Source of the DNA: the human T2T-CHM13v2.0 reference genome, Homo sapiens
Assembly: GCF_009914755.1 (NCBI RefSeq)
Contig: NC_060926.1
DNA length: 64,000 nucleotides
Direction: 5' to 3' (one strand)
Shown: positions 47,983-61,040 of the stretch, piece after piece
Layout: each line of letters opens with the position of its first letter
Numbering within the stretch: position 1 is the stretch's first letter
Notes under the pieces: generated by a model
What the model saw: the letters and a program-made list of their open reading frames with translations, nothing else
What the model was told of the DNA's origin: nothing
The model's database searches: none
Position numbers and translations under genes: made by a program

Positions 47983-48998
47983 TTACATTTTGGCATGATT
48001 TTGCAGCGGCTGGTACCGGTTGTTCCTTTCCATGTTTAGCGCTTCCTTCAGGAGCTCTTTTAGGGCAGGCCTGGTGGTGACAAAATCGGTCAGCATTTGC
48101 TTGTCTGTAAAGTATTTTATTTCTCCTTCACTTATGAAGCTTAGTTTGGCTGGATATGAAATTCTGGGTTGAAAATTCTTTTCTTTAAGAATGTTGAATA
48201 TTGGCCTCCACTCTCTTCTGGCTTGTAGGGTTTCTGCCGAGAGATCCGCTGTTAGTCTGATGGGCTTCCCTTTGAGGGTAACCCGACCTTTCTCTCTGGC
48301 TGCCCTTAACATTTTTTCCTTCATTTCAACTTTGGTGAATCTGACAATTATGTGTCTTGGAGTTGCTCTTCTCGAGGAGTATCTTTGTGGTGTTCTCTGT
48401 ATTTCCTGAATCTGAACGTTGGCCTGCCTTGCTAGATTGGGGAAGTTCTCCTGGATAATATCCTGCAGAGTGTTTTCCAACTTGGTTCCATTCTCCCCAT
48501 CACTTTCAGGTACACCAATCAGACGTAGATTTGGTCTTTTCACATAGTCCCATATTTCTTGGAGGCTTTGCTCATTTCTTTTTATTCTTTTTTCTCTAAA
48601 CTTCCCTTCTCGCTTCATTTCATTCATTTCATCTTCCATCGCTGATACCCCTTCTTCCAGTTGATCGCATCGGCTCCTGAGGCTTCTGCATTCTTCAAGT
48701 AGTTCTCGAGCCTTGGTTTTCAGCTCCATCAGCTCCTTTAAGCACTTCTCTGTATTGGTTATTCTAGTTATACATTCTTCTAAATTTTTTCAAAGTTTTC
48801 AACTTCTTTGCCTTTGGTTTGAATGTCCTCCCGTAGCTCAGAGTAATTTGATCGTCTGAAGCCTTCTTCTCTCAGCTCGTCAAAGTCATTCTCCATCCAG
48901 CTTTGTTCTGTTGCTGGTGAGGAACTGCGTTCCTTTGGAGGAGGAGAGGCGCTCTGCGTTTTAGAGTTTCCAGTTTTTCTGTTCTGTTTTTTCCCCAT
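47983..48998 (-). pseudogene. L1 ORF1, disrupted by a 1-bp deletion in an A-run near 48785
   Basis: MGKKQNRK..ENFEK then frameshift; ..QPLQNHAKM in another frame. Confidence 0.95.
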
Positions 48999-49903
48999 CT
49001 TTGTGGTTTTATCTACTTTTGGTCTTTGATGATGGTGATGTACAGATGGGTTTTCGGTGTGGATGTCCTTTCTGTTTGTTAGTTTTCCTTCTAACAGACA
49101 GGACCCTCAGCTGCAGGTCTGTTGGAATACCCTGCTGTGTGAGGTGTCAGTGTGCCCCTGCTGGGGGGGTGCCTCCCAGTTAGGCTGCTCGGGGGTCAGG
49201 GGTCAGGGACCCACTTGAGGAGGCAGTCTGCCCGTTCTCAGATCTCCAGCTGCGTGCTGGGAGAACCACTGCTCTCTTCAAAGCTGTCAGACAGGGACAT
49301 TTAAGTCTGCAGAGGTTACTGCTGTCTTTTTGTTTGTCTGTGCCCTGCCCCCAGAGGTGGAGCCTACAGAGGCAGGCAGGCCTCCTTGAGCTGTGGTGGG
49401 CTCCACCCAGTTCGAGCTTCCCGGCTGCTTTGTTTAGCTAAGCAAGCCTGGGCAATGGTGGGCGCCCCTCCCCCAGCCTCGCTGCCGCCTTGCAGTTTGA
49501 TCTCAGACTGCTGTGCTAGCAATCAGCGAGATTCCGTGGGCGTAGGACCCTCTGAGCCAGGTGTGGGATATAGTCTCGTGGTGCGCCGTTTTTTAAGCCG
49601 GTCTGAAAAGCGCAATATTCGGGTGGGAGTGACCCGATTTTCCAGGTGCGTCCGTCACCCCTTTGTTTGACTTGGAAAGGGAACTCCCTGACCCCTTGCG
49701 CTTCCCAAGTGAGGCAATGCCTCGCCCTGCTTCGGCTCGCGCACGGTGCGCGCACCCACTGGCCTGCACCCACTGTCTGGCACTCCCTAGTGAGATGCAC
49801 CTGGTACCTCAGATGGAAATGCAGAAATCACCCGTCTTCTGCGTCTCTCACACTGGGAGCTGTAGACTGGAGCTGTTCCTATTCGGCCATCTTGGCTCCT
49901 CCC
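48999..49903 (-). promoter_or_regulatory. L1 5'UTR: CpG-rich sense promoter (YY1 site intact) and antisense promoter
   Basis: CAAGATGGC near the 5' end; many CpGs retained 49400-49890. Confidence 0.85.
49455..49670 (+). CDS. ORF0: LINE-1 ORF0, intact 71-aa frame (expression unproven)
   Basis: MVGAPPPASLPPCSLISDCCASNQRDSVGVGPSEPGVGYSLVVRRFLSRSEKRNIRVGVTRFSRCVRHPFV*; donors CAG|GTGTGG (49561) and CAG|GTGCGT (49646). Confidence 0.8.
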   Translation: MVGAPPPASLPPCSLISDCCASNQRDSVGVGPSEPGVGYSLVVRRFLSRSEKRNIRVGVTRFSRCVRHPFV

Positions 49904-50745
49904 CAAAATAGTTTTTTCTAGTTCTGTAAAGAATATTATTGGTAGTTTGATGGAAATAACATTGACTCTATAAATTGCTTTGGGCAGTTTGGCCATTTTA
50001 ACTATATTGACTCACCTTTCCATGAACATGGAATGCTTTTCTATTTGTTTGTGTCCTCTCTGATTTCGAGTGGTGTTTTGTAGTTCTCGTAAGAGATCTT
50101 TCACCTCCCTGATTAGCTATATCCCTAGATATTTTATTCTTTTTGTGGCAGTTATGAATAAGACTGAATTTCTGATTTGGCTCTTGGCTTGACTGTTGTT
50201 GATGTGTAGATATGTTAATGAGTTTTGTATGTTGGTTTTATATTCTGAGAATTCACTGAAGTTGTTTATCAGCTTAAGGAGCTTTTGGGCTGAGACTGTG
50301 GAGTTTTCTAGATATAGAATCATGTCATCTGCTAACAGGGATAGTTTGACTTCCTCTCTTCCTAATTGAATGTCCTTTATTTCTTTGTCGTGACTGATTG
50401 CTCTAGCCAGGACTTCCAATGTTGAATAGAAGTGGTGTCAGAAGGCATCTTTGCCTTGTGCTGGTTTTCCAAAGGAATGCTTCCAGCTTTTGCTCATTCA
50501 GTATGCTGTTGGCTGTGGGTTTGTAATAGGTTGCTTTTATTATTTTGAGGTATATTCCTTCAGTACCAAGTTTATCTAGAGTTTTTAACATGAAAGGATG
50601 TTGAATTTTATCAAAAGCCTTTTCTGCATCTGTTGAGATAATCATGTGGATTTTGTCTTTAGTTCTGTTTATGTGACAAATCACATTTATTGATTTGAAT
50701 ATGTTGAACCAACCTTAAATCCCAGGGATAAAGCCTACTTGATTG
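49904..50745 (-). mobile_element. L1PA13-like host element, 5' part (ORF2 RT region)
   Basis: '[17 protein letters not shown]'; contiguous with 43883 across the TSD. Confidence 0.9.
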
Positions 50746-50749
50746 TATT

Positions 50750-53420
50750 TTTTTCTTGATTTATAATAATACTTTTTGTGTATTATGGGACCTTTGATAT
50801 AAATATATTGCAAAGAATCTTCTGCAATCTGTCACTTGATTTTAACCTGGCACCCTTCCTACATGGGATTGCCAATGCTTACATAGTTAAATATATGATT
50901 TTTCCTTACAGTTTCCAAATTTGGAATAATATCTTTCCTACATTTTTCTTAATACATAGTTTTTAAAGGTTTTATGTCATTAATTTATTTGTCAACATTT
51001 CGAGTTATAAACATGATATTTTTCAAGTAAATTGTTATATATTAGATATACATTCTTTATTGAATTAAAAATCAAGTAATTATATACTAAAATTCCATAT
51101 ATTTTTTACATATATGTCTGTCTCTTAATACATCTTTTCTATTGAAATATTTTTACCAACATACATTTCAATTATTTTAAAATTATAATAGAACTTTATA
51201 TCAAATAAAATAGTTTCTTGTTTTTACCATTCCTGAATATTTGTTTTCTGTGTGCATCTTTTTTTTACATTCTCTAATAAACTGCTCATTCAATTGTTAA
51301 ACTTTTAAGTATTACTTTTGCAGTATTTGTACGGTACTTATTTTTTCTCTCAATGTGGCTAGTCCTGATCTCACAATATTTCTAGACTTGTAGTATAGAT
51401 TGAGAACTGGTTTTTGTGTTTGTTCTCTGCAAATATTTATTTAAGAATGAACAGTTTATTAAAGATATGGTAGAAATTTCCCCAAATCATCTGTTGTCAA
51501 TTTTTTTTCAATGATGTATATCAGGACTACCTTTTCAGTTTCTACAGTGTTTTTCAGATTATTTAGGTTTCCATTTATTCTAACATTTAAGTTATATTTT
51601 CTTAGAAAGTTAACCCTTTGTCTAATTCTCAAAAAATGTGTTACCAAAGAGTTATACAGATTACTAAATATTTTAAAAATTCATATATATCAAAAATGGC
51701 TCTTTCCATTTCACTAGAGTGTCCTGTACTTTATAAACATGCAACATATCATTAGCAAAATGGAATAGTTTTATCTCTGTTTTAATGTTTGTTCCAATTA
51801 TTTTTGTTTCTATTATTATTTTTGTTTCTATTATTTTTGTTTCTATTGCATTTTGTGGAGCCTCTGAAATAGAGTTATAAAAGTAGCAGACTTCTTTACG
51901 AGATTACAGATTTTAATTCTAATGATATTTATGCTCTTCTATTATAAACATACGTTTGGCTTTGGAAAATAATTTTTGTATTTATTTAGCTACCTTGAAT
52001 TCTTAAAACACATTAAATCTTACCACTTCATATATGAAATATCTTATTAGTATCCAATGATGCACTTCTGAGGTTTCTTATTCTATGTTTAGATACTCTA
52101 ATAGATTAATGGATTTCCTTACACTAAACCTCCCTTGCATTACTCACATAAATCTACACTGGTCATGATATACTGTTATTTAATACTTTACTGAATGACA
52201 TTGCATATATTTTCTTACATATTTTGCAACCATATTCATAAGTGTTCTACACACCTCTTGTTGATCCTGTTGGCAAAAAAGGAATCCCATTCTCTAAATA
52301 GTAAGAGATGGCTGATATATGATACCCAACACTAGACAGATGAGCTTGGGTGGCAGTTCACTAGTTACATATACTCACAGCCTGGGGGAAGGGACTACCA
52401 CACAGCATGCAGGGCCAAGCAATGGTTCCATCTGGGTGGTGGAGGGCAGGGTAAGTTAACCAACAGGGACTCTGGAGGCAGGCTTTGTAGTAACCAGAGG
52501 GTCAGGAGGCCCCTGGTTCCATGAAAGCTATGAGATTGGTTTGTTGGAAAAATTTCATGGACTGGCAAGAAGGTGAAAATCAAGAGATTGCAGCTGGTGT
52601 GGCTGATAAGAAAACTGGTCAGAGGAGGCACGTTTCCAGCTGAGTGGGAACCCTATGTGGGTAGAGCAGGGATACTCCTGATCAGGCCTCTGGGGACCCC
52701 ATGAGGCTAAAAGATATCAAGGACAGACTTGAAATTCTAGATTTTACAATACAACAAGAGATTGATCTATTTTCTTTTTTTGTAATACTTGTGACAGAAC
52801 TTGGTAATAAATGTATATTAGCCTAATAAAAGAGGTTTCGATCTTTTTCTAAACCTTTTCTAGAATATTCTTAAAATATTATTTCTAATATTAGAATGTT
52901 ATTTATACAGTATACATTTTCTAGAAAATTTTAAATAATAATGGACTTACTGGTTCTTTAACATAACTCAACTGTACAACCGTCTGATTCTGATAACTTT
53001 TTGAATGGCTGAATCACCTTTGCAACTACTTTTATGTGGAAATATTTAATTATTCTAAGATTATTAAAATGTTATAAATTTTGCTTAGAAATAATTTACT
53101 CTAGATTTAATTTTTTTGTCATAGATTTGCAGGTGGTGTTTTTATTTATTTTTATGTCTCTTATGTATAATAACAGTATAAGAAACAAAAAATAGTTTTT
53201 ATTCCTTATCTTGTTTTTTTTTTTAATCTGTTTAAATTAACTGGGTTCATGAAGACTATTCCTTTATCTTTCCTAAAGCCTAGTTTGGATTTATGTATAT
53301 TCACGTATTTATTCCTTTTTATTTAATTTTGATATCTATTTTTATTTCTTATATCATTATGATTGTTTTTCAATATTTTAAGAAAAATTCTAAATTGATT
53401 TATTTATATCTGTTAGAGGT
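50750..53420 (-). mobile_element. Very old L1ME/HAL1-type remnants
   Basis: T-rich degenerate ORF2 motifs 'aaacctcccttgcatt', 'ttttgcaaccatattcataag'. Confidence 0.45.
52243..52753 (-). mobile_element. MER54/MER74-family solo LTR (ERVL)
   Basis: TG...CA ends ('ttgaaattctagattttacaataca'); 5-bp TSD ATAAG/ACAAG. Confidence 0.75.
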
Positions 53421-55086
53421 TGAATTTTGTAGAAGCTGAACCTGAGACAGAAAATTCTTTGAAAGTGGTATAGTGAAAAAGACGCCTGGGGGCAGGTACT
53501 CTTCAATACCTCACTATCAAGTATAATGTTAATTAAAGTCTTTGCTGGATATCCTGTGTCAGATTAAGAAAGCTGTCTTCTGTTCCTTTGTCTACATCTT
53601 TGTCCTGCATTTTTATTCAGGCGGTGAATTACAATGACAGATTTTTGATTGTCATTTTGATCCTTTCATATTGTAGGATTTACCTTTTTCTTCTATGCTC
53701 AACTGGAAGCAGAAGCTGGTGAAGGTACACTTAAGTACGATTAAGGCTGCAGTAGTTAATCGATGTCATTGTGCTTATTATTGCAGGCTTCACCTACCAG
53801 ATTTTAAGCTTCTTGAGAGTAAAGATTGTTTCTAGACATAATGTATTTGGTATGTTTTCACATCTTAGTGTTGGATAAAAAGAAGCACAATAAGTATTGG
53901 TGGTTTGGCTAACCATTTTGTATGCATTTTTATTTAACCTTTTCAAGTTGCTATAAAAAGTTTTGTGCTTATCATATGCTTTTTTTATTGTACCCAGAAG
54001 TCTTCTGTACTGTTCTCGAATAAACTTGGCAATTTCGTATGTTTTATGTATGAATATAATAGCCAGAAGAATGAGGATGTCTGGCATCTGAGGTTAGAGG
54101 CTATGTTTTTCAGGGATATTCTTAGTTTCATCTGAGTTAATTAGTAGCGACATGGACTTCTCACAGGAAAATCCAAAGCTCATGCTTATTTCTTAAGGGT
54201 ATTAACACAAGTACTAAAAAATTTGCCTGGAGCCTTTCGTACCCCAGGTCATCCTTTTCATAAACAGAAACACATAATTCAAGGAGAGTTACTAGCAAGG
54301 AGACAAATTTATAAAACTGAGATGCAAAAATTGCAAATAAAACTACCAAATTTCTGTCTTTCTTAAATGAGGTTGGGGTTGTGTAACATACTAGTGTATA
54401 TATTTTATTCACTTTCTTAATAAATATTTAATAAACTGTAATCTAAATTGAATAATAATTTTATTAAAGGATATAAATACCATAGCTACCTAGAACAAAT
54501 ATGAGAATTTACCAGCATTATTTGGATTATAACATACACCTTCCCACCGTCCGAAAAATAATACATTTATTTTACTCAGTGGACTCAGTATTTCCATGAT
54601 CCTATCATTTTTTAAAATCTTGGTGGGACTTAACACGGTCAGCATTCATTATGACATTCTTTTCTTCTGAAACCCAGATCGTACTGAGAGTGTATGATTT
54701 TAGTTAAATGAAACGTATTTGGTTATATTACAAAACTGCTCAATGTCTGCTAATGAAATATTTAATTAAGAAATTCAAACTAGATAACACAAAGAAACTC
54801 TTTATAATTAAATTATGACTATATACTTCTACATAATATTTACATCTAAAAAAGATGTGTATGTATGTGTATGTGTGCGTGTATATATATATATATGTAT
54901 ATATCCTGAAATTGCATTATACAGCAGATTAACTTGAGTTTTACATCTCCTATTCCCATTTTATATTAAATTACAGGAGGAGATTTGTTGCTATATAAAG
55001 CAACTCTATGTATTTTGATAAATTATTTTTTAAGTATTTGTGTTTGTAAGGGATCCAAGCAAACATTGTTATTATGCAGAATTTAC

Positions 55087-55222
55087 CTGAGAATAAAATG
55101 CACTGGGTTGGTTCTGTGGCGGTCTTTGACTTCCAAGATCCTAAACTAGTAGATGAGTTGAAGGGGAGATTGAGTGGGTCAACCAGTTCTGAAGCCTTCC
55201 TAGTATTTCTGTCCATTGAGTA
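55087..55222 (-). other. Candidate spliced exon, 136 nt (unknown transcript)
   Basis: Acceptor ctccttttctttAG, donor CAG|GTAAAT, one open frame. Confidence 0.35.
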
Positions 55223-56564
55223 CTAAAGAAAAGGAGCATATTTCATAAAACGATTAAGACCCAATGAAAACTCTTCTCTTGTATATTAAAATATAATCTA
55301 AACACTAAAGGAGGATGTTATTTCTTTTCTCATTGCTCTTTATACAGTAGATGCTAAGAGATTCAGCTAACAAAGATAATTATTATGAATCTTCATTGTC
55401 CCTATTTATCTAATGTCTGTTCTGGCCCTAGGAACTACAGTTTGAATTAGTCTCTCTACCATTTTTTAGGAACCGCCATTTAACATTGTTGCAGTTTTCT
55501 TGGAGCCAGACCAAATAGAAAGAATTCTTTTTTTCAGAGAAGAGATGCATGAGAATATGGAATGAGAACTCCTTAGGATAAATTGTAGCTCGCTGAAAAA
55601 CAAAGTGATACAGATTTCTGTCACCAAAGAGGATTCTTGACAAATGAACACCTGTGTAGTAATAAGTGTTCATCTTTTATCTCTGTACTCCTGCTAGAAA
55701 GTGTCGTTCTAACCCCTTTTGTTCTGACATGGTAGGGGTCAGGATAGTGTACTCTCTTTCATGCTTTTTCATCTTTCTTTCCATTTGCTCCTCTTCATCT
55801 TTTCTGGCTAAATTATATTTTGTGTAAAATGGCCAATTAATATTTCATCCAACATTTCAAGTCCTGTTTAATATTTTAAGCATCTGTTCTTCTAAGTTTC
55901 TTATGCAAGGACAATTCTTTTCAGTAGCTATTAATAAGCAGTAATTAGCCAGAAGGTAGCACACTTGGTATGAATATTTTGTGATAATTAAGTCCCTGAT
56001 CTTAGTCTTAAAGTACGAATGTGTAACCATTCAAAATGTTTAAGGTGGACTATGAAGCACATGGACCCATGACTAACAGTGGAAAAATGGAGAGGAAAGA
56101 GTGACAAAGAACTGCAATGTAAACACCTGATTCTGAGGGCATTACTGAGAAGCTTTAGCTAGAGATGTGGAACCAAAAGAGAAAGTAGGAACACGACATT
56201 TGGTTGGTGCGAGGAACGTGAGAAACATGCCAACAGATGTAAAGTCTTAAGAAAAATATTTTTTTCCAATGGGCAACAGGATTCTGTGCAAGAATAAACT
56301 TGACTGACACTTTTTATCACCGAAGTCCTTGACCTGAGATCAATAGAGAACTTGAAATGATTGAAAGCTCTGTAAGGTACTTCTGGTATTTTCACCACTT
56401 CAGAAATCCTAACAAATTATACACTTAGCCATGACAAGTTTGCACACACTAACTATAATCCCAAGTGTTTTTGCTTGCTTTAGAGGCACATTAGTATGAT
56501 ATGGGAATGCAGCTTACATGACTATCATTTTAGTAGACTAGAGATGGCATTAAGTAATGTAAGA

Positions 56565-56955
56565 GGTAGTATACCTTTCAAAAATATGTTCTCCTTCTCC
56601 CTACCACATTCATAGGAGGCTTATGCCACCCAGCCCTGTGATTGTAGATTCAGCATGAGAACTGTTTAGGTCAAAGATGCCAGAAGATGGACACAGGGTC
56701 TTAAAAAAATGAGTTTATACAGTTTGGTGTTTTCCTTGCATCTTTGCTCTTAACGTGAGGAAAATGTACACCCTCTAGCCTGCTGTTGAAATACACTTTT
56801 GGAGTAGAACTTGCTCCAAACAGCTCTTTAAAGCCACGTAGCTTTGCCCACCCTAATCACCAGCCAACCCACAAACACTCGAGGAAAAACAATCCTTACT
56901 ATATGCTACTGAGATTTTATTTCTTTATTTTTTGCATTGTTTTTGACAACTGTAC
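56565..56955 (+). mobile_element. MLT1-like LTR remnant
   Basis: 'atatgctactgagattt' 3' signature. Confidence 0.45.
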
Positions 56956-57261
56956 CTGGTGAGTGCTAAGAAATTGGGCCAGAAAATTATACAAAGCCTA
57001 ACTCATTTGATAGATAAATAATTTTGGAGTTTATGAATAATAAGTCATTTTGAAAGACTTTTAGGAAGACTCAGAGTTCCCATTTAGATAGGTCATTTCA
57101 CTGAATCTACAGAACATACATTCTAAATTGGGATGGTGGCAGAAGTTTAAAGATGACAGTAATAGAGGAAAGGGAATTTATATACAAATTCAATACAAAT
57201 TATGTATTTGTATCATGAATTTGTATATACAAATTCAATATAAATTATGCTTAACATAATA

Positions 57262-58145
57262 TGTATTTGACAGCAATTTGCAAGTACAGAGGTATTACCT
57301 CTCAGCTCCAAATTTATTGTCTATTACCTGCTCTGTGATAATAAAAATGGACACTGTAAAACAGTTCTTCTTTACAGCTGGAAGATATCTTCTGTTATAG
57401 AAAGGAAAATATTTCCCCTACTGGTTTGTGTGTGCTTCTTGGGACCTTTTCTTCCTCCTGCTATACAGATACAATCCATATTATGCTGTTCCTCGGTAAG
57501 TTGGCAGCCTCATTTCTGGCCTGGTTACCACCTCATCACAGTTCTCTTAGGAGGGACGTAGTACACCCCAGGCCTTTTGCTGTTCATTCTGTGAACAGGA
57601 TCCTCATTCCTTAATTCCCTCTATGCACTTATTAATATGCCCTAGTCTACCTGCATCCCACAGGTGTATCAAGAAGCCCCTGACACAGACAGAGCCCCAC
57701 AACACTCAGCCATTTAGAAACCCCTGGGTGTGGACTTTCTCTGTGGACCTTTCCACAAGGCTTTGTCACCTCTGCCCCATAGTATTGTCACCCACTTGAA
57801 AATCCCAGCCACAATTTTTACCAATCTATACCCTGAACAGGCATTTTCTGCTTGCCTGGCAACTGTAAACCAACTTTGGCCAAGTTCAACCCAGAGAATT
57901 ACTCCATCATCTGGTGAGCTGCCACCATATCTACTCCATTAAGGTCTGAAACACAATATTGGGAAGAAAATTCCACTTCCAAGTTTGTCTCTTCTTTGGA
58001 TACTCTCTTTCAGACCTACGGTATTTTTTAAAGAATTATCCTTACCTTTTATTCTTCTGATATAATTGATAATTCTTTATGTTTAATTTTACCATTTAAA
58101 ATTAATGTGTAATTTATTTATCCTGATTGAATTCTAACTGATACA
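57262..58145 (+). mobile_element. ERVL LTR (LTR33/41/52-like)
   Basis: 'cctctcagctccaaa...cctgctctgtgataat' start; 'tcctgattgaattctaactgataca' end. Confidence 0.65.
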
Positions 58146-58169
58146 GATCATTGCTTAATTAATTGTAGA

Positions 58170-59200
58170 CATTAAGAATAATGTCAAGGATGATTCTAAG
58201 ATGTAGAATCATTGACTGATATAATACATGAAGTAGGAGCAAGTAGGAAAATAAAATCAATTCCAGTTTAAATCTGGATAATGGGAAACATTTGTAGAGC
58301 ATTCAGAGGTAATTGGCCATCAGGCAATGATATAACATAACTAAAGTTTGATGGAGAGAGGACAGATAGGAGATGCAAATTACTGAGTCATCAGCATTCA
58401 AGAGCAAGTCAAAATTATGAGAGTGGAAGTGATTACCTAAACAAAGTATGATGAATGATAAAAGCATAAACTCAAGGACAGAAATCTAGGGAACTCTAAT
58501 ATTTAATAATTTATAAGAAAACTGTAGAAATAGCCATGAGAGGAAATTAGATATTTCCTCAAGTATGGAGTGATCAGTGATGCTAAATATTAGAGAACAC
58601 TGTTTTAATATGAAGCATGAAGAAACATCCATTGAATTTGGCAATTCAATTCTATTAAAACATTTTTAGTTCTTTTTCTAGAATAGGAACTAAACTATCA
58701 TGAGTTGGGAAGAAAATGTCAGGTGAGATGACAGAGACCTCTAGGGTATGTTGTTCTTTGTAAAGTTTAAATGAAAAGAGAAAGAGATAAAATATTATCT
58801 TCCAGGGCATATGGCATAGGACAAGAAGGATTTAATTTTTAGGGTGAGAGAGCTATAAGCATGTTAACAAAGGAAAAGTAGTTAGAGGGAGAAATTTCAG
58901 ATGAAAGAGATACAGTAGTAATCAATAGAACTCAATCTCTGGGGAACAGAAGGTGGGGTTAAGAGCACCTGTGGAAGGTTTAGCTTTGAAAAGAATGTGA
59001 TACCTGATCCTTTGAAATTGGAGGCATGGGAAATGTTTTTGATGTAAAAAATACGTAATATGAGGTAGTAGAAATCAAAGAATGTTATGCTTAATGATTT
59101 AAATCTTCTGGATGTAAAGTGATCTGCTGAGATTGATGCAGTTAGGAGAAAGGTAAGGCCCTTTGGAGTAATTAGAAATTGAGTATGTTGAGGAGCTTAG
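58170..59200 (-). mobile_element. L2 ORF2 remnants
   Basis: 'gtcaaggatgattct', 'gagtcatcagcat', 'caaggacagaaatctagggaact'. Confidence 0.7.
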
Positions 59201-60364
59201 GTTAGAAATGTGTGACTCAATAATATGTAATAAGAACAATCAGTGGCTTGTGTAGCTATGTTCTTCTGTTACTATGTAGATGAAAGAGACTATGTCACTG
59301 AATAAGTAATCTTGTAGTAGAATTCTACACAGTACTGAAAGTCAGTTGCAAATCTCTATCTTTGGATAACTTTAGAATCAACATAGAACAAAGCAAAGAG
59401 CACAGGCTTGGTAATAAGAAAGTCCTGGATTACACTCCTGACTCTTCCTCTTTCAAGTTGTAGGGTATTGTTTCCTTCTGATCTTGGCTCAACCAGGTAG
59501 TAAATATTAAAGTTATTCTTAAATGTATAAGTTTCTACTACGTATCTAGGAGGACTTTCTGGAAGTCTTTTCTGTGTGTGTGTATGTGTGTCTGAGTCTG
59601 AGTTTTCTAATCTCTAACATTAGGATAATTCTTACTCCATAAAGTTGTTTGGAAGATCAAATGAACTTATATATATATATATTTAGATGTATATATACAC
59701 AAATTTTATAAAGTAAGGATAGTAATGAACTAATTAATATATAAACATATGTTAAATAATATTAAATATATTAATATAATTAAATATGTATATATATGGT
59801 TCATGGTTTAGTGCATCTACAAGAGACTTAAATTAGTGACTGAAATTAATGGAAAATGTAGATTTCACTATTTATCCCCAACTTCCTTTCTTTAATTCAA
59901 ACATATAAAGGAGTCCATATGCACATTATATCAACCCCTTAATCTCTTTGATATTGACTTTTACTTTTCAAAATTATTACTGTTACTTAGGACCCAAAAG
60001 TTTAAATTAGCAATTAATTGTTCATACTGGCAAGAATTACCAAAAAGCACACAGATATCATTGAGGAGATACTCATGGTATATGCATGGCATTGTGTTTG
60101 CATATACCATAAACTTAGTGCCTTGAGTTTTAAATCTTCTTCAGGAGACAAAGGCAAGTCATTCAGTTTATACCAGAAGAGAAGTGAGATGAAATCCCTT
60201 CATAAAGTTAGGGAGCTCATCTACATGAATAGCGCTTTAAAAAAAAAAAAAAAAAAGTCTTCGCATGGTGTTTGAGATTTGAATTTTAATGACCCGTATA
60301 TTCTGTGAAAACTCAAGTAGCAAATTTTATTTAATGCCTTCTCAAGATAATATTGTCCTACTTT

Positions 60365-61040
60365 CTGATGCTAAAAGTTGGATCCACAAACATGTAGCAG
60401 TATGTGCACCATCAAGAGCTTGTTAGAAATACAGACCCTGTCACTCTTCTCCAGGCATACTATCAAATTACATTTTTAAACAAGATCTGAGGTGATTTGC
60501 ATGCATATTGCCCCAGTTTTCTATTGCTGCTGTAACAAACTTAGTGGAACAATGTGCTGTAACCACAAACTTAGCAGAATAAAACACTGAATACTATCTT
60601 ATTGAAGATCAGAAGTCTTAAAATCAAGGTGTCAAAAGGTGATTTTTTTTTTTTCCCGGAAGCTGTAGGTGAGAATCTTGCTCCTTGCCTTTTCTAGTTC
60701 CTGAAGGCTTTTTGCATTCTTTGGCTTATAGAGTCTCCTCCATCTTCAAGGGCAGCCTGTAACAGTTCAAAACTTTCTCTCTCTTTTACGCCATTTCTAT
60801 AATGACATCTACTTTCCTTACTATGACTTTACTGCCTCCCTGCGTAAGGGCCCTTTTGATTACATTGGTCCTAACTGGATAACCTAAGATTCTTAGATTA
60901 ACCCCACCTGCAATATCCCTTTGCTATATAGAGTAACATATACACAGGTTTTAGGAAGTGAGACTTGGGCATATTTGGGGGATGGATGGGCTTTTATTTT
61001 GTCTACTGTAAACACTGAAGACAGAGAGAGCACTACCTTA
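60365..61040. mobile_element. MER5A1-like MITE split by the MLT1 LTR
   Basis: 'gagcttgttagaaatacaga...aacaagatctgaggtgatttgcatgca' resumes 'gagagcact' after 61010. Confidence 0.55.
60509..61010 (-). mobile_element. MLT1C/D-like solo LTR
   Basis: 'ttttctattgctgctgtaacaaa', 'aaaatcaaggtgtc', 'ccttgcctttttctag'. Confidence 0.8.

Noticed and set aside
53794-54412. 97-aa and 83-aa minus-strand ORFs; possible processed pseudogene or NUMT
   Set aside because: No similarity I recognise, no poly(A)/TSD, AT-biased composition
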